From Myxococcota bacterium (GTDB lineage: Bacteria; Myxococcota_A; Polyangia; Nannocystales; Nannocystaceae): a stretch of DNA of 64,000 nucleotides. The position numbers and the translations under genes were made by a program. Below the pieces are notes generated by a model, which searched no databases, had not been told where the DNA came from, and saw nothing but the letters and a program-made list of their open reading frames with translations. The DNA lies in the NCBI GenBank assembly GCA_039028615.1, contig JBCCHT010000045.1, positions 34,158 through 98,157 on the forward strand, read 5' to 3'. This document shows, in pieces, positions 11,300-20,471 of this stretch (positions are counted from its first letter, which is position 1; every line of letters starts with the position of its first letter).

Positions 11300-11767
11300 A
11301 TGCACGTGCACATCGAATCCGAGATCTCCGCGCCCGCGCAGCAGGTCTGGAACATCCTCGCTCATCAGTTCGGCGACATTGCGACCTGGTCGTCGACGGT
11401 CGAGACCTCGCGCTCGGTCGACCAGGCCGAGCTCCCCGAGGGCGTCGTGGCCGACCCCCGAGCGCCCGTCGCCGCCCGCGAGACCAAGTCCGCCTTCGTC
11501 ACCGCCCGCGAGTACTTCGTGCAGTTCGACGACGACGGCATGGTCTTCACCTTCGGCGCGCTCGGCTTGCCCTTCTTCCTGCGGAAGGCGGAGAACACCA
11601 GCCGGGTCGAGTCGATCGACGATGGCTCCTGCCGGCTCGTCTTCGACGTGGAGATGGACATGTGGGGGCCCTTCGCTCTGCTCTCGCCGCTGATGAAGAA
11701 GCGCTTCACCAAGGCGATGAACACGGTCCACGCCGATCTCAAGGCCTACGCCGAGCAGGCGAACTGA
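11300..11767 (+). CDS. SRPBCC (START/polyketide cyclase) family protein
   Basis: GGGAGG RBS; ISAPAQQVWNILAHQFGDIATW N-terminus, C-terminal helix HADLKAYAEQ. Confidence 0.85.
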   Translation: MHVHIESEISAPAQQVWNILAHQFGDIATWSSTVETSRSVDQAELPEGVVADPRAPVAARETKSAFVTAREYFVQFDDDGMVFTFGALGLPFFLRKAENTSRVESIDDGSCRLVFDVEMDMWGPFALLSPLMKKRFTKAMNTVHADLKAYAEQAN

Positions 11768-11809
11768 CGCTCGCCTGCCCGCTTCGGTCTCACCCCCGCC
11801 GTCGTCGTC

Positions 11810-13669
11810 TCAGTGGCGACGGCGGCGTCGCAGCATCAGGCCCAGGGGCGCGAGCAGCCACCACGCGGCGTTGGAATCGCCCGTGCTCGAGCAGCCGCAG
11901 CCGCCTCCGCCACCGTCGTCGTTCTGCCCCGGATCCGTCTCGGTCTCGGTGCCTGCGGCCGTGCTGGCGGCGGCGGTGGTCTCGTTGCCGCCATTGGTGG
12001 TGTCGCTGGGACCCGCCGTCTCGTCGGCCGCGGTCGTCGACCCGCTGGGCGCCTCACCGAAGCCCACGATCATCAGCGAGCGGGTGTCCTCGGCGAGCAC
12101 GATCGGCTCGGCGCCGCCGAGATCGTCGAACATCATCTCGACGTCATTGCCCGCCTCGTTGGTCTTGTTCTCGTCGGCGAGGAACTCGATGTACTCGGGC
12201 GTATTGATGAGATAGAGCAGCCGCACCGAGACGTCGAGCGTGTCGTCGTTGTCGTCGCCCGGGGTGGCGTCTTGGACCTGTGGCGCGCTCTCGAAGGTGT
12301 AGCTGGTCACGTCGAAGTTGGGCCAGGTGCCGTCCTCTTGGAGCGTGTAGCGATCACCGACGGGATCGGTCTGCGGGTTTTGGGCGAGCCCGAGCGGCGG
12401 GATGCGATTGTCGACGACCCAGTGGTCGTTGAGCAGCAGGTGCAGGGTGGTGCCCGACGACCACTCCTGCGCCACGCCCTCGTAGCTGCGCAGCTGGTCG
12501 TCTGCGGCGGGGCCCTTGGCGTTGCCCGCTTCCCACTGCCCGGAGCTCCAGACCACCTCCTCGCCGTAGCGAGCGACGACCTCGATCCACATGATGCGAC
12601 CCTCGGAGTAGCCGGAGGGCAGCTTGTGACCGGTGTTGTTGGTGACCGTGACCTGGAAGTCGCCGAGGCCCTCACCGAGGTCGACCGTGCCGGGGGCGTC
12701 GACCTCGAGGGTGGCCGCGGTGGCCAGGAACTCGTCCATGCGCTCGAGGCTGAGGTCGAAGAAGAAGTTGTCGACCTCTTGGGTGCCGTCGTTGCCGTAC
12801 TCGGCGCGCAAAAGCTCCACCATCGAGCGGTTGGCCCCGACCAGATCGTGGCGGCGGCCCCCGGTGGGGTGCGAGAACTCGTCGACGTTGTCGTTGCAGC
12901 CCGGCATGTCGGTGACGGCGGGCATGTGGCAGTCCTGGCAGGAGGCGAAGCCCTCGCCGGGCTGGGCGTAGGCGCTGCCGAGCCACTCCGAGTAGGTGCG
13001 CTGCTCGTTGAAGAGCATGCCGACCTCGTTGCCCTCGTCGTCGACGCGCTGGCGATCGGTGGTGACGTCGTGGCAGGTGCCGCACAGCTCCGAGCTGCCG
13101 GTGAAGGGGTCTTGGACCCACTCGTGGGCGGGCGCGCCGAGGCTGCCCTCGACGTAGCTCCAGGGTCCGTGGCGCGAGACGGTGCCGGTGGGGCCGAGGA
13201 TGTCGTCGAGCGCATATTGGGCGTTGCCCATCAGGCCCTCGTCCGTCATCCGGTGGCACAGCTCACAGGCCACGCCGTCGAAGTCGGCCGGCATCAGCTC
13301 GTCGATCGACGTCGCATTGCCGCGGCCGTTGAGGAACGCACGGGCGGAGTGGCAGCGGATGCAGACCTCGGTCTCGCCCGGGTGATCTTGGTCGGCGATG
13401 GCCACGCCCGCCCAGAACACGGGGTCGCGGGCGGCATTGGCCATGAGGGTGCCCTGCCAGCCGAAGAACGGAGCGTAAGGAGCATCCGATCCGTGGGCGA
13501 AGGCGTTGGGATAGCTGTGGCAGTTTTGGCACGAGGCCGACTCGGCCAGGTCGTTGGTCAGCGTGCCTGGCTCGGTGGGAATCGCTTGCCCCGTACGCGG
13601 CCACAGGGCGAGGGCGGCCAAGGGGAGGAGCGTCGTAGAAAAAAGGCCAAAACTGCGCCGTAGGGGCAT
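11810..13669 (-). CDS. Pentaheme c-type cytochrome (c554/c552-like) with MYXO-CTERM sorting tail
   Basis: Five CxxCH (CQNCH, CIRCH, CELCH, CGTCH, CQDCH), MANAARDPVF, GHKLPSG; C-terminal GCGC-hydrophobic-RRRRRH. Confidence 0.9.
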   Translation of the reverse strand: MPLRRSFGLFSTTLLPLAALALWPRTGQAIPTEPGTLTNDLAESASCQNCHSYPNAFAHGSDAPYAPFFGWQGTLMANAARDPVFWAGVAIADQDHPGETEVCIRCHSARAFLNGRGNATSIDELMPADFDGVACELCHRMTDEGLMGNAQYALDDILGPTGTVSRHGPWSYVEGSLGAPAHEWVQDPFTGSSELCGTCHDVTTDRQRVDDEGNEVGMLFNEQRTYSEWLGSAYAQPGEGFASCQDCHMPAVTDMPGCNDNVDEFSHPTGGRRHDLVGANRSMVELLRAEYGNDGTQEVDNFFFDLSLERMDEFLATAATLEVDAPGTVDLGEGLGDFQVTVTNNTGHKLPSGYSEGRIMWIEVVARYGEEVVWSSGQWEAGNAKGPAADDQLRSYEGVAQEWSSGTTLHLLLNDHWVVDNRIPPLGLAQNPQTDPVGDRYTLQEDGTWPNFDVTSYTFESAPQVQDATPGDDNDDTLDVSVRLLYLINTPEYIEFLADENKTNEAGNDVEMMFDDLGGAEPIVLAEDTRSLMIVGFGEAPSGSTTAADETAGPSDTTNGGNETTAAASTAAGTETETDPGQNDDGGGGGCGCSSTGDSNAAWWLLAPLGLMLRRRRRH

Positions 13670-13689
13670 GATGAGCTATCGTACCGTCG

Positions 13690-14259
13690 ATGCTGCGAGG
13701 GCGCGAACCCGCCGGGACCATCAGATCCGCGCTAGGGGCCCGTTTTCGCGGGAATTGGGCGCGTTCGTGCGTATTTGGAATCGCTCTATGTGCGCCGGTT
13801 GCGATGAGTTGCTCGGGTCGAGGCGACGGCGCTCCCAGCGAAACGCAACGACCACCCGGTGAGCGAAAACGTGGACGGGTGAATCCCTTCTCCGACGTCG
13901 TTCCCGACAGCATCGGCCAGGTCGGCAACCAGGTGCGGGGCATCGAAGCCATCCCCGACTACGACGACCAGGCTCGGGAGCTGCGAGAGCGCGTGCAGCC
14001 GATGCTGCCCGACCCGCTGCCGGCCCAGCTCGCCGCCTGCGTGACCATGCTCGACGCGGCGCGGCAGTACTACGACGACACCGAGGGCATCTATGCGCTG
14101 TCGACCAAGACGATGGTCGCCACGCGCTCCAAGGATCTGGCCGCGTGCCAAGAGCAGACCAGCCCCGCGGCGGCGTCCTGCGTCGCGGTGCTCATGGCCA
14201 AGCACGAGGGGGAGTTCCCGTGGGTGCTCGATCAGTGCAGCCGGGCCTTCCCCCAGTGA
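13690..14259 (+). CDS. Hypothetical probable lipoprotein (start uncertain)
   Basis: GC3-rich frame, helical Cys-containing C-domain, stop overlaps next GTG (GTGA). Confidence 0.6.
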   Translation: MLRGREPAGTIRSALGARFRGNWARSCVFGIALCAPVAMSCSGRGDGAPSETQRPPGERKRGRVNPFSDVVPDSIGQVGNQVRGIEAIPDYDDQARELRERVQPMLPDPLPAQLAACVTMLDAARQYYDDTEGIYALSTKTMVATRSKDLAACQEQTSPAAASCVAVLMAKHEGEFPWVLDQCSRAFPQ

Positions 14260-15551
14260 GCCGGGGTCGCGTGGGGCCTCGAGGCTGGCTGGGCGCGTTG
14301 CTGGCCGCCAGCGTGCTGACCTGTGTGCCGACGTCCCGTGAGGGGGCGGTCGAGCCGGTCGCGGACGCTCCGCAGCCGCGGGCGAGCGTCATCGTGCCTG
14401 CGCCGCGGGTCGCCATGCCTGCGCCCCGGCCGAAGGCGCCGCCCAAGGCTCGACCCGAGACACCGGAGCCGATGGTGCTGGCGGCGGTGGCCGAGCCCGA
14501 GCCGCCGGAGCCGATGTTGCCCGTGCGCGCGCCGTCGTTCGAGATGACCTTCGTGGGCGACGTGATCTTCGGTCGCTACCGCGAGACGGGTTACGACCCG
14601 ATCCCCAAAGGAGACCATCCGGTCTTCGAGGAAGTGGCGGAGCTTCTGCGCTCGGACCTCCTGGTGGGCAACCTCGAGACGCCCTTGGTCCGCGAGCTAC
14701 CCACGGGCAGCCCCATCGTCTCGAGCTATCGCTTCGGGGCCGACGAGGCGCTGGCCGAGCACCTGCGGCGCGGCGGCTTCGGGGCGGTGAGCCTGGCCAA
14801 CAACCACGCCTACGACATGCGGGCGGCGGGGATCGAGCAGACGCCGCAGATCCTGCAGGAACTCGGGGTGCAGGCCCTGGGCGCGGCGCGGGCCGAAGGC
14901 GACCCGGTCCGCGTAGAGACGGTGGAGCGCGAGGGCTGGCGCGTCGGCTTCGTGGCCATCACCACGCGTAGCAACATCAGCTCCCTGCCCGGCGTGGCCG
15001 CCATTCCGCGGGTGGAGCTGGCCGACTTCGAGCACGGGGTGGCGGCGCGGGTCGAAGATGCCCGGGCCAGCCACGATCTGGTGGTGGTGTTGGTGCACTG
15101 GGGCGAGGAGTACGCCGACGCGCCCTCGTATCTCCAGCGCAACGCCGCGCATGCCCTGGTCGAGGCCGGGGCGGACCTGGTGGTGGGCCACCATCCCCAC
15201 GTGCTCCAGGGCATCGAACGCTACGGGCACGGGCTCATCGCGTACTCGATGGGCAACTTCTTGTTCGAGAACGTCAAAGAGGTGCCGCGCCAGACCGGGG
15301 TGCTGCGGACTCGCTTCGACGCGAGCGGCTGCCTCGAGGCGGTCGTGTTCCACCCTGCGTTCGTCAAGAGCGTGCCCACCAAGCATCCCGCCCCCGCCGT
15401 GGGGTTCATGGGCGGCAAGGTCAAGGAGCGGGTGCGCGCATTGGGGCAGCGCTTCGGGACGCAGTGGCGCGACGAGGGAGAGTCGCTGGCGTTGGAAGGC
15501 ACTCACTGTCCAGCAGGGCGAGGCCCTCGGACAGCTCTCGCTGCACCTTGA
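14256..15551 (+). CDS. CapA/PgsA-family metallophosphatase
   Basis: FVGDVIFGR, GNLETP, SLANNHAYD, VHWGEEY, GADLVVGHHPHVLQGIE, YSMGNF. Confidence 0.9.
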   Translation: MSRGRVGPRGWLGALLAASVLTCVPTSREGAVEPVADAPQPRASVIVPAPRVAMPAPRPKAPPKARPETPEPMVLAAVAEPEPPEPMLPVRAPSFEMTFVGDVIFGRYRETGYDPIPKGDHPVFEEVAELLRSDLLVGNLETPLVRELPTGSPIVSSYRFGADEALAEHLRRGGFGAVSLANNHAYDMRAAGIEQTPQILQELGVQALGAARAEGDPVRVETVEREGWRVGFVAITTRSNISSLPGVAAIPRVELADFEHGVAARVEDARASHDLVVVLVHWGEEYADAPSYLQRNAAHALVEAGADLVVGHHPHVLQGIERYGHGLIAYSMGNFLFENVKEVPRQTGVLRTRFDASGCLEAVVFHPAFVKSVPTKHPAPAVGFMGGKVKERVRALGQRFGTQWRDEGESLALEGTHCPAGRGPRTALAAP

Positions 15552-16512
15552 CCACGGTGAACAGCCGCTCGATGTCCTCGAAGGCGGGGGCCCCGAGGCG
15601 CAGCCACTGCTTCACGCGTCCGAGGCTGACCTTTTCCGGGGCACCCCCGGCGAGCAGTCGTCGGGCGTACTCGATGAGCAGGGCGCGGAAGCGCCGCGGC
15701 TCGTACTCGGGCTCGTCGTGGCCACGCGCCTGACGGAAGAGCCAGGGGCGTCCCATCGAGCCGCGGCCGATCATGAAGGCGTGGCAGCCCGATTGCCTCG
15801 CACACGCACGCAGGGCATCGACGGAGAACAGGTCCCCGTTGGCGACGATGGGAAAGGACGTGGCCTCGCGGGCGCGACCGAGTGCCACCCAGTCGACGGG
15901 CGGGCGGTACAGCTGCAGCCGCGTGCGAGCGTGGACGGTGAGCCAAGCCCCGCCGCCGGCCTCGGCCGCCTGGGCGATCTCGACGAGGTCGGAGGCGTCG
16001 GCCCAGCCCAGGCGAATCTTCACCGAGACCGGGATCGACGAGGGCACGGCACGGCGCACGGCGGAGACGATCGTCTCGACCCGCTGCGGGGTCTTGAGGA
16101 TCGTGGCCCCGCCGTCGTGGTTGTTGACCGTCTTGGCCGGGCACCCGAAGTTGATGTCGATGCCGGGGGCGCCCATCTGCGCCGCCAGGGCGGCGCTGTC
16201 GGCCATGGGCTCGGGGTCGCCGCCCAGCAGCTGCACGAACACCTCGACGCCTGCGCGGGTGCGGCCCCCGGTGTCGAGCTCGGGGCAGTGCCGGCGTAGT
16301 ACCTGGGGCGCGACGCAGCGCCGGGTCACCCGCACGAACTCCGAGACGCACAGGCTGATGCCGCTGTCGCCATCACCCAGATCGGTGAGCAGGTCGCGGT
16401 AGACCCAGTCGGTGATCCCGTCCATGGGGGCGAGCGCGAGGAAGAGCCCGGGTTGGTCGGGTCGGGCGGCGATCTGGTCGCGGTGGTCCCACGCGCGCTC
16501 GAACGCGTTCAC
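15421..16512 (-). CDS. dusC: tRNA-dihydrouridine synthase, DusC-like
   Basis: LAPMDGITD, CVSEFVRV, VQLLGG, IDINFGCPAKTV, SVKIRLGW, TVHART, ANGD, MIGRG. Confidence 0.88.
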   Translation of the reverse strand: MNAFERAWDHRDQIAARPDQPGLFLALAPMDGITDWVYRDLLTDLGDGDSGISLCVSEFVRVTRRCVAPQVLRRHCPELDTGGRTRAGVEVFVQLLGGDPEPMADSAALAAQMGAPGIDINFGCPAKTVNNHDGGATILKTPQRVETIVSAVRRAVPSSIPVSVKIRLGWADASDLVEIAQAAEAGGGAWLTVHARTRLQLYRPPVDWVALGRAREATSFPIVANGDLFSVDALRACARQSGCHAFMIGRGSMGRPWLFRQARGHDEPEYEPRRFRALLIEYARRLLAGGAPEKVSLGRVKQWLRLGAPAFEDIERLFTVVKVQRELSEGLALLDSECLPTPATLPRRATASRSAAPMRAPAP

Positions 16513-16814
16513 GGCTCGTCCTCGACCAGCTCGAGGTCGAGCTGCTGATCGAGGTCGGCGGACCACGGCACGAAGAGCAATTCGTAGCAGCGGACCTGCT
16601 CGATGTTGCCCTTGGCGCTCTTGCGACGAACCCGACGGCCGACGTAGCCGCCCGGGGTCAGCCGGCGCTGGCCCAGCAGCGACCAGAACTCTTGCTCGAT
16701 CTGCTCGACGACGAAGCCCCGATCCTCGAGCGCGTCGACGACCTCGCCCATGGTCACGCCGCGTTCATCGGCGTCCTGGGTGAACTCGAGGATGGCGAGA
16801 GCGAGCGGGGACAT
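16509..16814 (-). CDS. Hypothetical protein, possibly winged-helix
   Basis: ATG 16814; stop overlaps dusC GTG start; AILEF...GVTMGEVVDALEDRG. Confidence 0.6.
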   Translation of the reverse strand: MSPLALAILEFTQDADERGVTMGEVVDALEDRGFVVEQIEQEFWSLLGQRRLTPGGYVGRRVRRKSAKGNIEQVRCYELLFVPWSADLDQQLDLELVEDEP

Positions 16815-16884
16815 GCGGGGCGCAGCATGGATCCTGGCGGCACGCGGCACAAGAGCGCGTCCGGCAGCAGGGCAAACGCCTCGC

Positions 16885-17694
16885 TCAGGGCGAAAAGGCC
16901 GGATCGTTCGTGATCAGCACCCGGGCCACGGCGGCGACGTCCCCGATGTCTTGCCCGTCGACCTGGTGGTCGCCGGACTCACGATTGGTCATGTGGAACA
17001 GGTGCGTGCCCGGCTCCAGCGTCACGCTCACCGTGGATGGGCTGAGGCAGAACTCGTTGTCCATGGCGCGAAGCCACCTCCACGTGGACCCGCTCTTGCT
17101 GATGTCGGACAGCTCGCACCCGTACAGCCAGTTGACGAAGGAGTTCGCGTTGAAGGCGACGCGAAACGAGTCGGGGTCGCCGCGAACTCCTTGGGATCCG
17201 ATGCCGGTGCTCGGGTCGTGCACGTAGGCCCAGGCGTAGTACTCACCGGGGCACTGGACTTGGAACTGGAAGCTGGCCGTGCCCGCGAGCTCAGACTCGG
17301 AGTATGCGTACGCACCGACGCCGGGGACGCTGCCGAGCATCATCTCGGCGTTGCGCATGGCGTCCGCCGCCCCGACTTCGAGCATCACCGTGGGGGCGGG
17401 GTCGCAGGGGTCGGCGGGAGGTCCGGTGGTGGACTCTTCCGAGCTGGAGCCCTCCGCCGTTTCGTCCGCGCCGGTCGTGGTCGAGGGCTCGAGGGTCGTC
17501 GTCCCGCTTGCACCATCGTCTCCGGTGGGGACGGTCGCGGGGCCCGTGCTCCCGGTGGCCGCGGTGTCGTTGGTGTCGGTCGCCGAGGCCTCGGGCGTCG
17601 AGCCGGTGGCCGTGCCGAAACCGGAGGTATTGGGCCCGCACGCCATGCTCCCGACCGCGACGAATCCCGCGGTGATGGCCATGAACTTCCACAT
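16885..17694 (-). CDS. Hypothetical lipoprotein with C-terminal beta-sandwich (CBM-like) domain
   Basis: Lipobox SMAC, Thr/Ser linker, ASFQFQV..PGEYYAWAYV..DSFRVAFN..WRWL..VTLEPGTH. Confidence 0.7.
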   Translation of the reverse strand: MWKFMAITAGFVAVGSMACGPNTSGFGTATGSTPEASATDTNDTAATGSTGPATVPTGDDGASGTTTLEPSTTTGADETAEGSSSEESTTGPPADPCDPAPTVMLEVGAADAMRNAEMMLGSVPGVGAYAYSESELAGTASFQFQVQCPGEYYAWAYVHDPSTGIGSQGVRGDPDSFRVAFNANSFVNWLYGCELSDISKSGSTWRWLRAMDNEFCLSPSTVSVTLEPGTHLFHMTNRESGDHQVDGQDIGDVAAVARVLITNDPAFSP

Positions 17695-17832
17695 CGGCGC
17701 GAGCAGCGTACCACGCGGCGGCGACCTTGCGCGGCTTCGCTCCACGAGGATGACCCCTCGGACTGGACGCCACGCGCATACACCACGATGATCGATGGAC
17801 CCATGGTGGACCTGTCCCCCGCGGTCCCCTCG

Positions 17833-19185
17833 ATGTCGTTGCTCACGGTGTCGCTGGGACTGGCGCTGTCGCTCGGATGTAGCGGGTCGTCGCTCGATGA
17901 AGCGGTCGCGCTCCCCGGCGTCGGCACCGACGAGAGCACGACGATGGGGGCAGACGACGGCGTCGCGATGAGCACGGGAGGCGCCGAGTCCGGGGCGGAG
18001 GATCCAGTGCCGGGGGTCTGTGCCCCCGGTTGCCAGATCACGCTGCCCCCGGATTGGGTCTACGAAGGCGACGATGATCCCAACCGCTTCGAACCGGGGA
18101 CGCATCGGGTGCCCGGCCTGCTCCGCGATCCCGACGGCAACTTGCTCGTGGCCGATCAACGCGGCGACTGGTCGACCTTGATCAGTCTCGATCCGCAGGG
18201 GCGCCTACGATGGCACCGGCCGCTGCCGCTGGGTTGCGACCTGTGCACCTTGAACGGGATGTCGTGGCACCCGGAAGGCGAGCTGATGCTCAGCGCGACC
18301 GGCTGGGCGATCGACGGCGGCTTCTCGCTGTTGGCGGGACGCTACGACGTCGAGGCGGACGCCCTGGTGTGGGAGACGACGTCGCCGCTGTTCTTCCACG
18401 ACGGCACGGCCAATCGCGGCGGAGAGATCACCGTCGTCTCGGACATCCTCACCGCGCAGATCTTCCAGTGGCGCCCGGCGGGGGCGGGCAAGCAGCAGAT
18501 CACGTCGTTGATGATCTACGGCGTCGATGGGGTGGCGATCGAAAGCCCGGTGCTGAGCAGCGACATCAACCAGCAGGTGCACTGGCCATTCATGGTGCGG
18601 ACCACGGGCGCGGGCGATGTCGTCGCCGCGTACCCGCGGGGCTTCGACACCAACGCCTACGGGGTCATCGAGCGCATTCCGGTGCCGTTTTGGGGGGCGG
18701 GCTTCAACAGGAGCGTCGCCGATCCCTTCGACGACATCGAGATCGACGACCGAGACCACACGCTCGAGCTGTTCCATACCTTCGACGGCGAGGCGATGCG
18801 GGCGGTGCTGCTGGACCGGGAGTCCACCGACTTCGAGACGACGTGGGCGGCCACGGTGAAGATTCCCAGTCGGGTCGATGGTCGCGGCAGCCTGGCGATT
18901 GGGCCCCAGGGAGAGCTCTATGCCGTCTATCAGAGCTACCAGGCGGTCGAGGTTCCCCCCGAGACCCCGCCCGAGCTGTCACCCGAGCCGCTGTCGGGCC
19001 TGACCTTCGTGCGCTGGAGCCCGCAGGGTGACCAACGCTGGGTCACCACCGTGCTCATGGATCTGACGTGGAGCCCGTCTCCGCCCGCGATGCTCGTCGA
19101 CGACGACGGCGGCATCGTGGTGGCCTCGATCGTCGACGACCGGCTGCGGGTCGAACGTCGCACGCAACGGTGCGCATGCCCATGA
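17833..19185 (+). CDS. Beta-propeller-like lipoprotein, paralog 1 of 3 (start may be 17788)
   Basis: Lipobox SLGC; CAPGC; C-terminal RCACP; recurring G..LW/RW motifs. Confidence 0.75.
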   Translation: MSLLTVSLGLALSLGCSGSSLDEAVALPGVGTDESTTMGADDGVAMSTGGAESGAEDPVPGVCAPGCQITLPPDWVYEGDDDPNRFEPGTHRVPGLLRDPDGNLLVADQRGDWSTLISLDPQGRLRWHRPLPLGCDLCTLNGMSWHPEGELMLSATGWAIDGGFSLLAGRYDVEADALVWETTSPLFFHDGTANRGGEITVVSDILTAQIFQWRPAGAGKQQITSLMIYGVDGVAIESPVLSSDINQQVHWPFMVRTTGAGDVVAAYPRGFDTNAYGVIERIPVPFWGAGFNRSVADPFDDIEIDDRDHTLELFHTFDGEAMRAVLLDRESTDFETTWAATVKIPSRVDGRGSLAIGPQGELYAVYQSYQAVEVPPETPPELSPEPLSGLTFVRWSPQGDQRWVTTVLMDLTWSPSPPAMLVDDDGGIVVASIVDDRLRVERRTQRCACP

Positions 19186-20471
19186 TGCGCAGGCGGGCGT
19201 GGGCGTGGGCGTGGAGCCTGGCCGGTCTGCTGGGCTGCGGCGATGCCTCCCTCGATGGGACCGCGTCCGCGACCGCTTCGACCTCGTCCGGCGCGAGCGA
19301 GTCGAGCGGAGGCGAGTCGAGCACGGGCACGCCGCCCGTCGAGATCTGTGATCCCGGCTGTCGGCCGCGGCTGGACCCGACCTGGAGCTTCCAGGGGGAG
19401 CCCGGGACCCAGGGGGTGGCCGCGCTGCTGCTCGGGGCGGACGGGGCTCCGCTGACCGCCGTGCAGCGGTCGAACGGGACCCTCGAGCTCGTGAGCCTGG
19501 GGGCGGACGGGGCGTTGGATCGAATCTTCGCGCCGCAGCTGCCCTGCGATCAGTGCGTGCTGGGGGACATGGCGCTGCACCCCTCCGGGGACTTGATCCT
19601 CAGCGTCACCGACCTCGACTCGCCGTGGAACTCGTCGGCGGTGCTCGCTCGATTCTCGGCCGAGGAAGGGGCGCTGCGATGGGCTCGCAACACGTTCTTC
19701 AGCGACCAGGGGACGGGGCGGGGGCGCGCGGGAGGGCTGGCCGTGCTCGACGACGACCGCCTCGTGCAGCTGATGCTCAGCGAGCAAGGCGACAGCGAGC
19801 TGATGTGGCTCCACGAGTCCGATGGCGAGGGGCAGTTCCGGCTCTCGCGGACCGTGTTCAACCAGATCCCGACCCAGCAGTGGTGGCCGATGCTCGCCGC
19901 GGCCAGCCCGGGTGGAGAGCTCATCATCTCGCATACCGGGTTGGACCTCGACTTCGAGGTCCCGGTCACCATCGGCCGGACGCGGCGGCTGCTGCCCCCC
20001 AACTACGATTTCCTCAGCGAGCGGCGGCTGCCGTTTTGGCTCGATGACCTGAAGCTCGACAGCCGAGGCAACCGGCTCGAGATGGCGCGCAGCGAGGATG
20101 TCGAGACCATCACGTTGTTGCTCACCAGTCGCAGCGCCTCGGATGTCGAGCGCTGGGATCTGTCTCTGCCCCTGGTGTCGACGTCCAGCACTCGGGCCAT
20201 GCTCGCGGTGGGGCCCGACGACGACGTCTACATCGCTGCTCGGACTTCGCCCCGAGGGGCCTCCCAGGACTTCTTCGTCGTCGAGCTGTCGGTGACCCGG
20301 ATCTCGAGCGACGGAGAGATTCGCTGGCAGGCCTCGCTGCCCTTGGACATCCGAGCGAGCGTGGATCCGCTGCGCGTCGCCATCGACGACGAAGACGGCA
20401 TCGTGGTGGCCACGGTGGTTCAGGGGCGCCTGTCCGTCGCTCGCTTCGAGCAGGGGTGTGCATGCGAGTGA
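19182..20471 (+). CDS. Beta-propeller-like lipoprotein, paralog 2 of 3
   Basis: ATGA overlap with previous gene; lipobox LLGC; CDPGC; C-terminal GCACE. Confidence 0.75.
   Translation: MMRRRAWAWAWSLAGLLGCGDASLDGTASATASTSSGASESSGGESSTGTPPVEICDPGCRPRLDPTWSFQGEPGTQGVAALLLGADGAPLTAVQRSNGTLELVSLGADGALDRIFAPQLPCDQCVLGDMALHPSGDLILSVTDLDSPWNSSAVLARFSAEEGALRWARNTFFSDQGTGRGRAGGLAVLDDDRLVQLMLSEQGDSELMWLHESDGEGQFRLSRTVFNQIPTQQWWPMLAAASPGGELIISHTGLDLDFEVPVTIGRTRRLLPPNYDFLSERRLPFWLDDLKLDSRGNRLEMARSEDVETITLLLTSRSASDVERWDLSLPLVSTSSTRAMLAVGPDDDVYIAARTSPRGASQDFFVVELSVTRISSDGEIRWQASLPLDIRASVDPLRVAIDDEDGIVVATVVQGRLSVARFEQGCACE

Noticed and set aside
16750..17787. N-terminal part of the 811-aa ORF
   Set aside because: Antisense to the 16885-17694 gene; the lipoprotein signal starts near 17833
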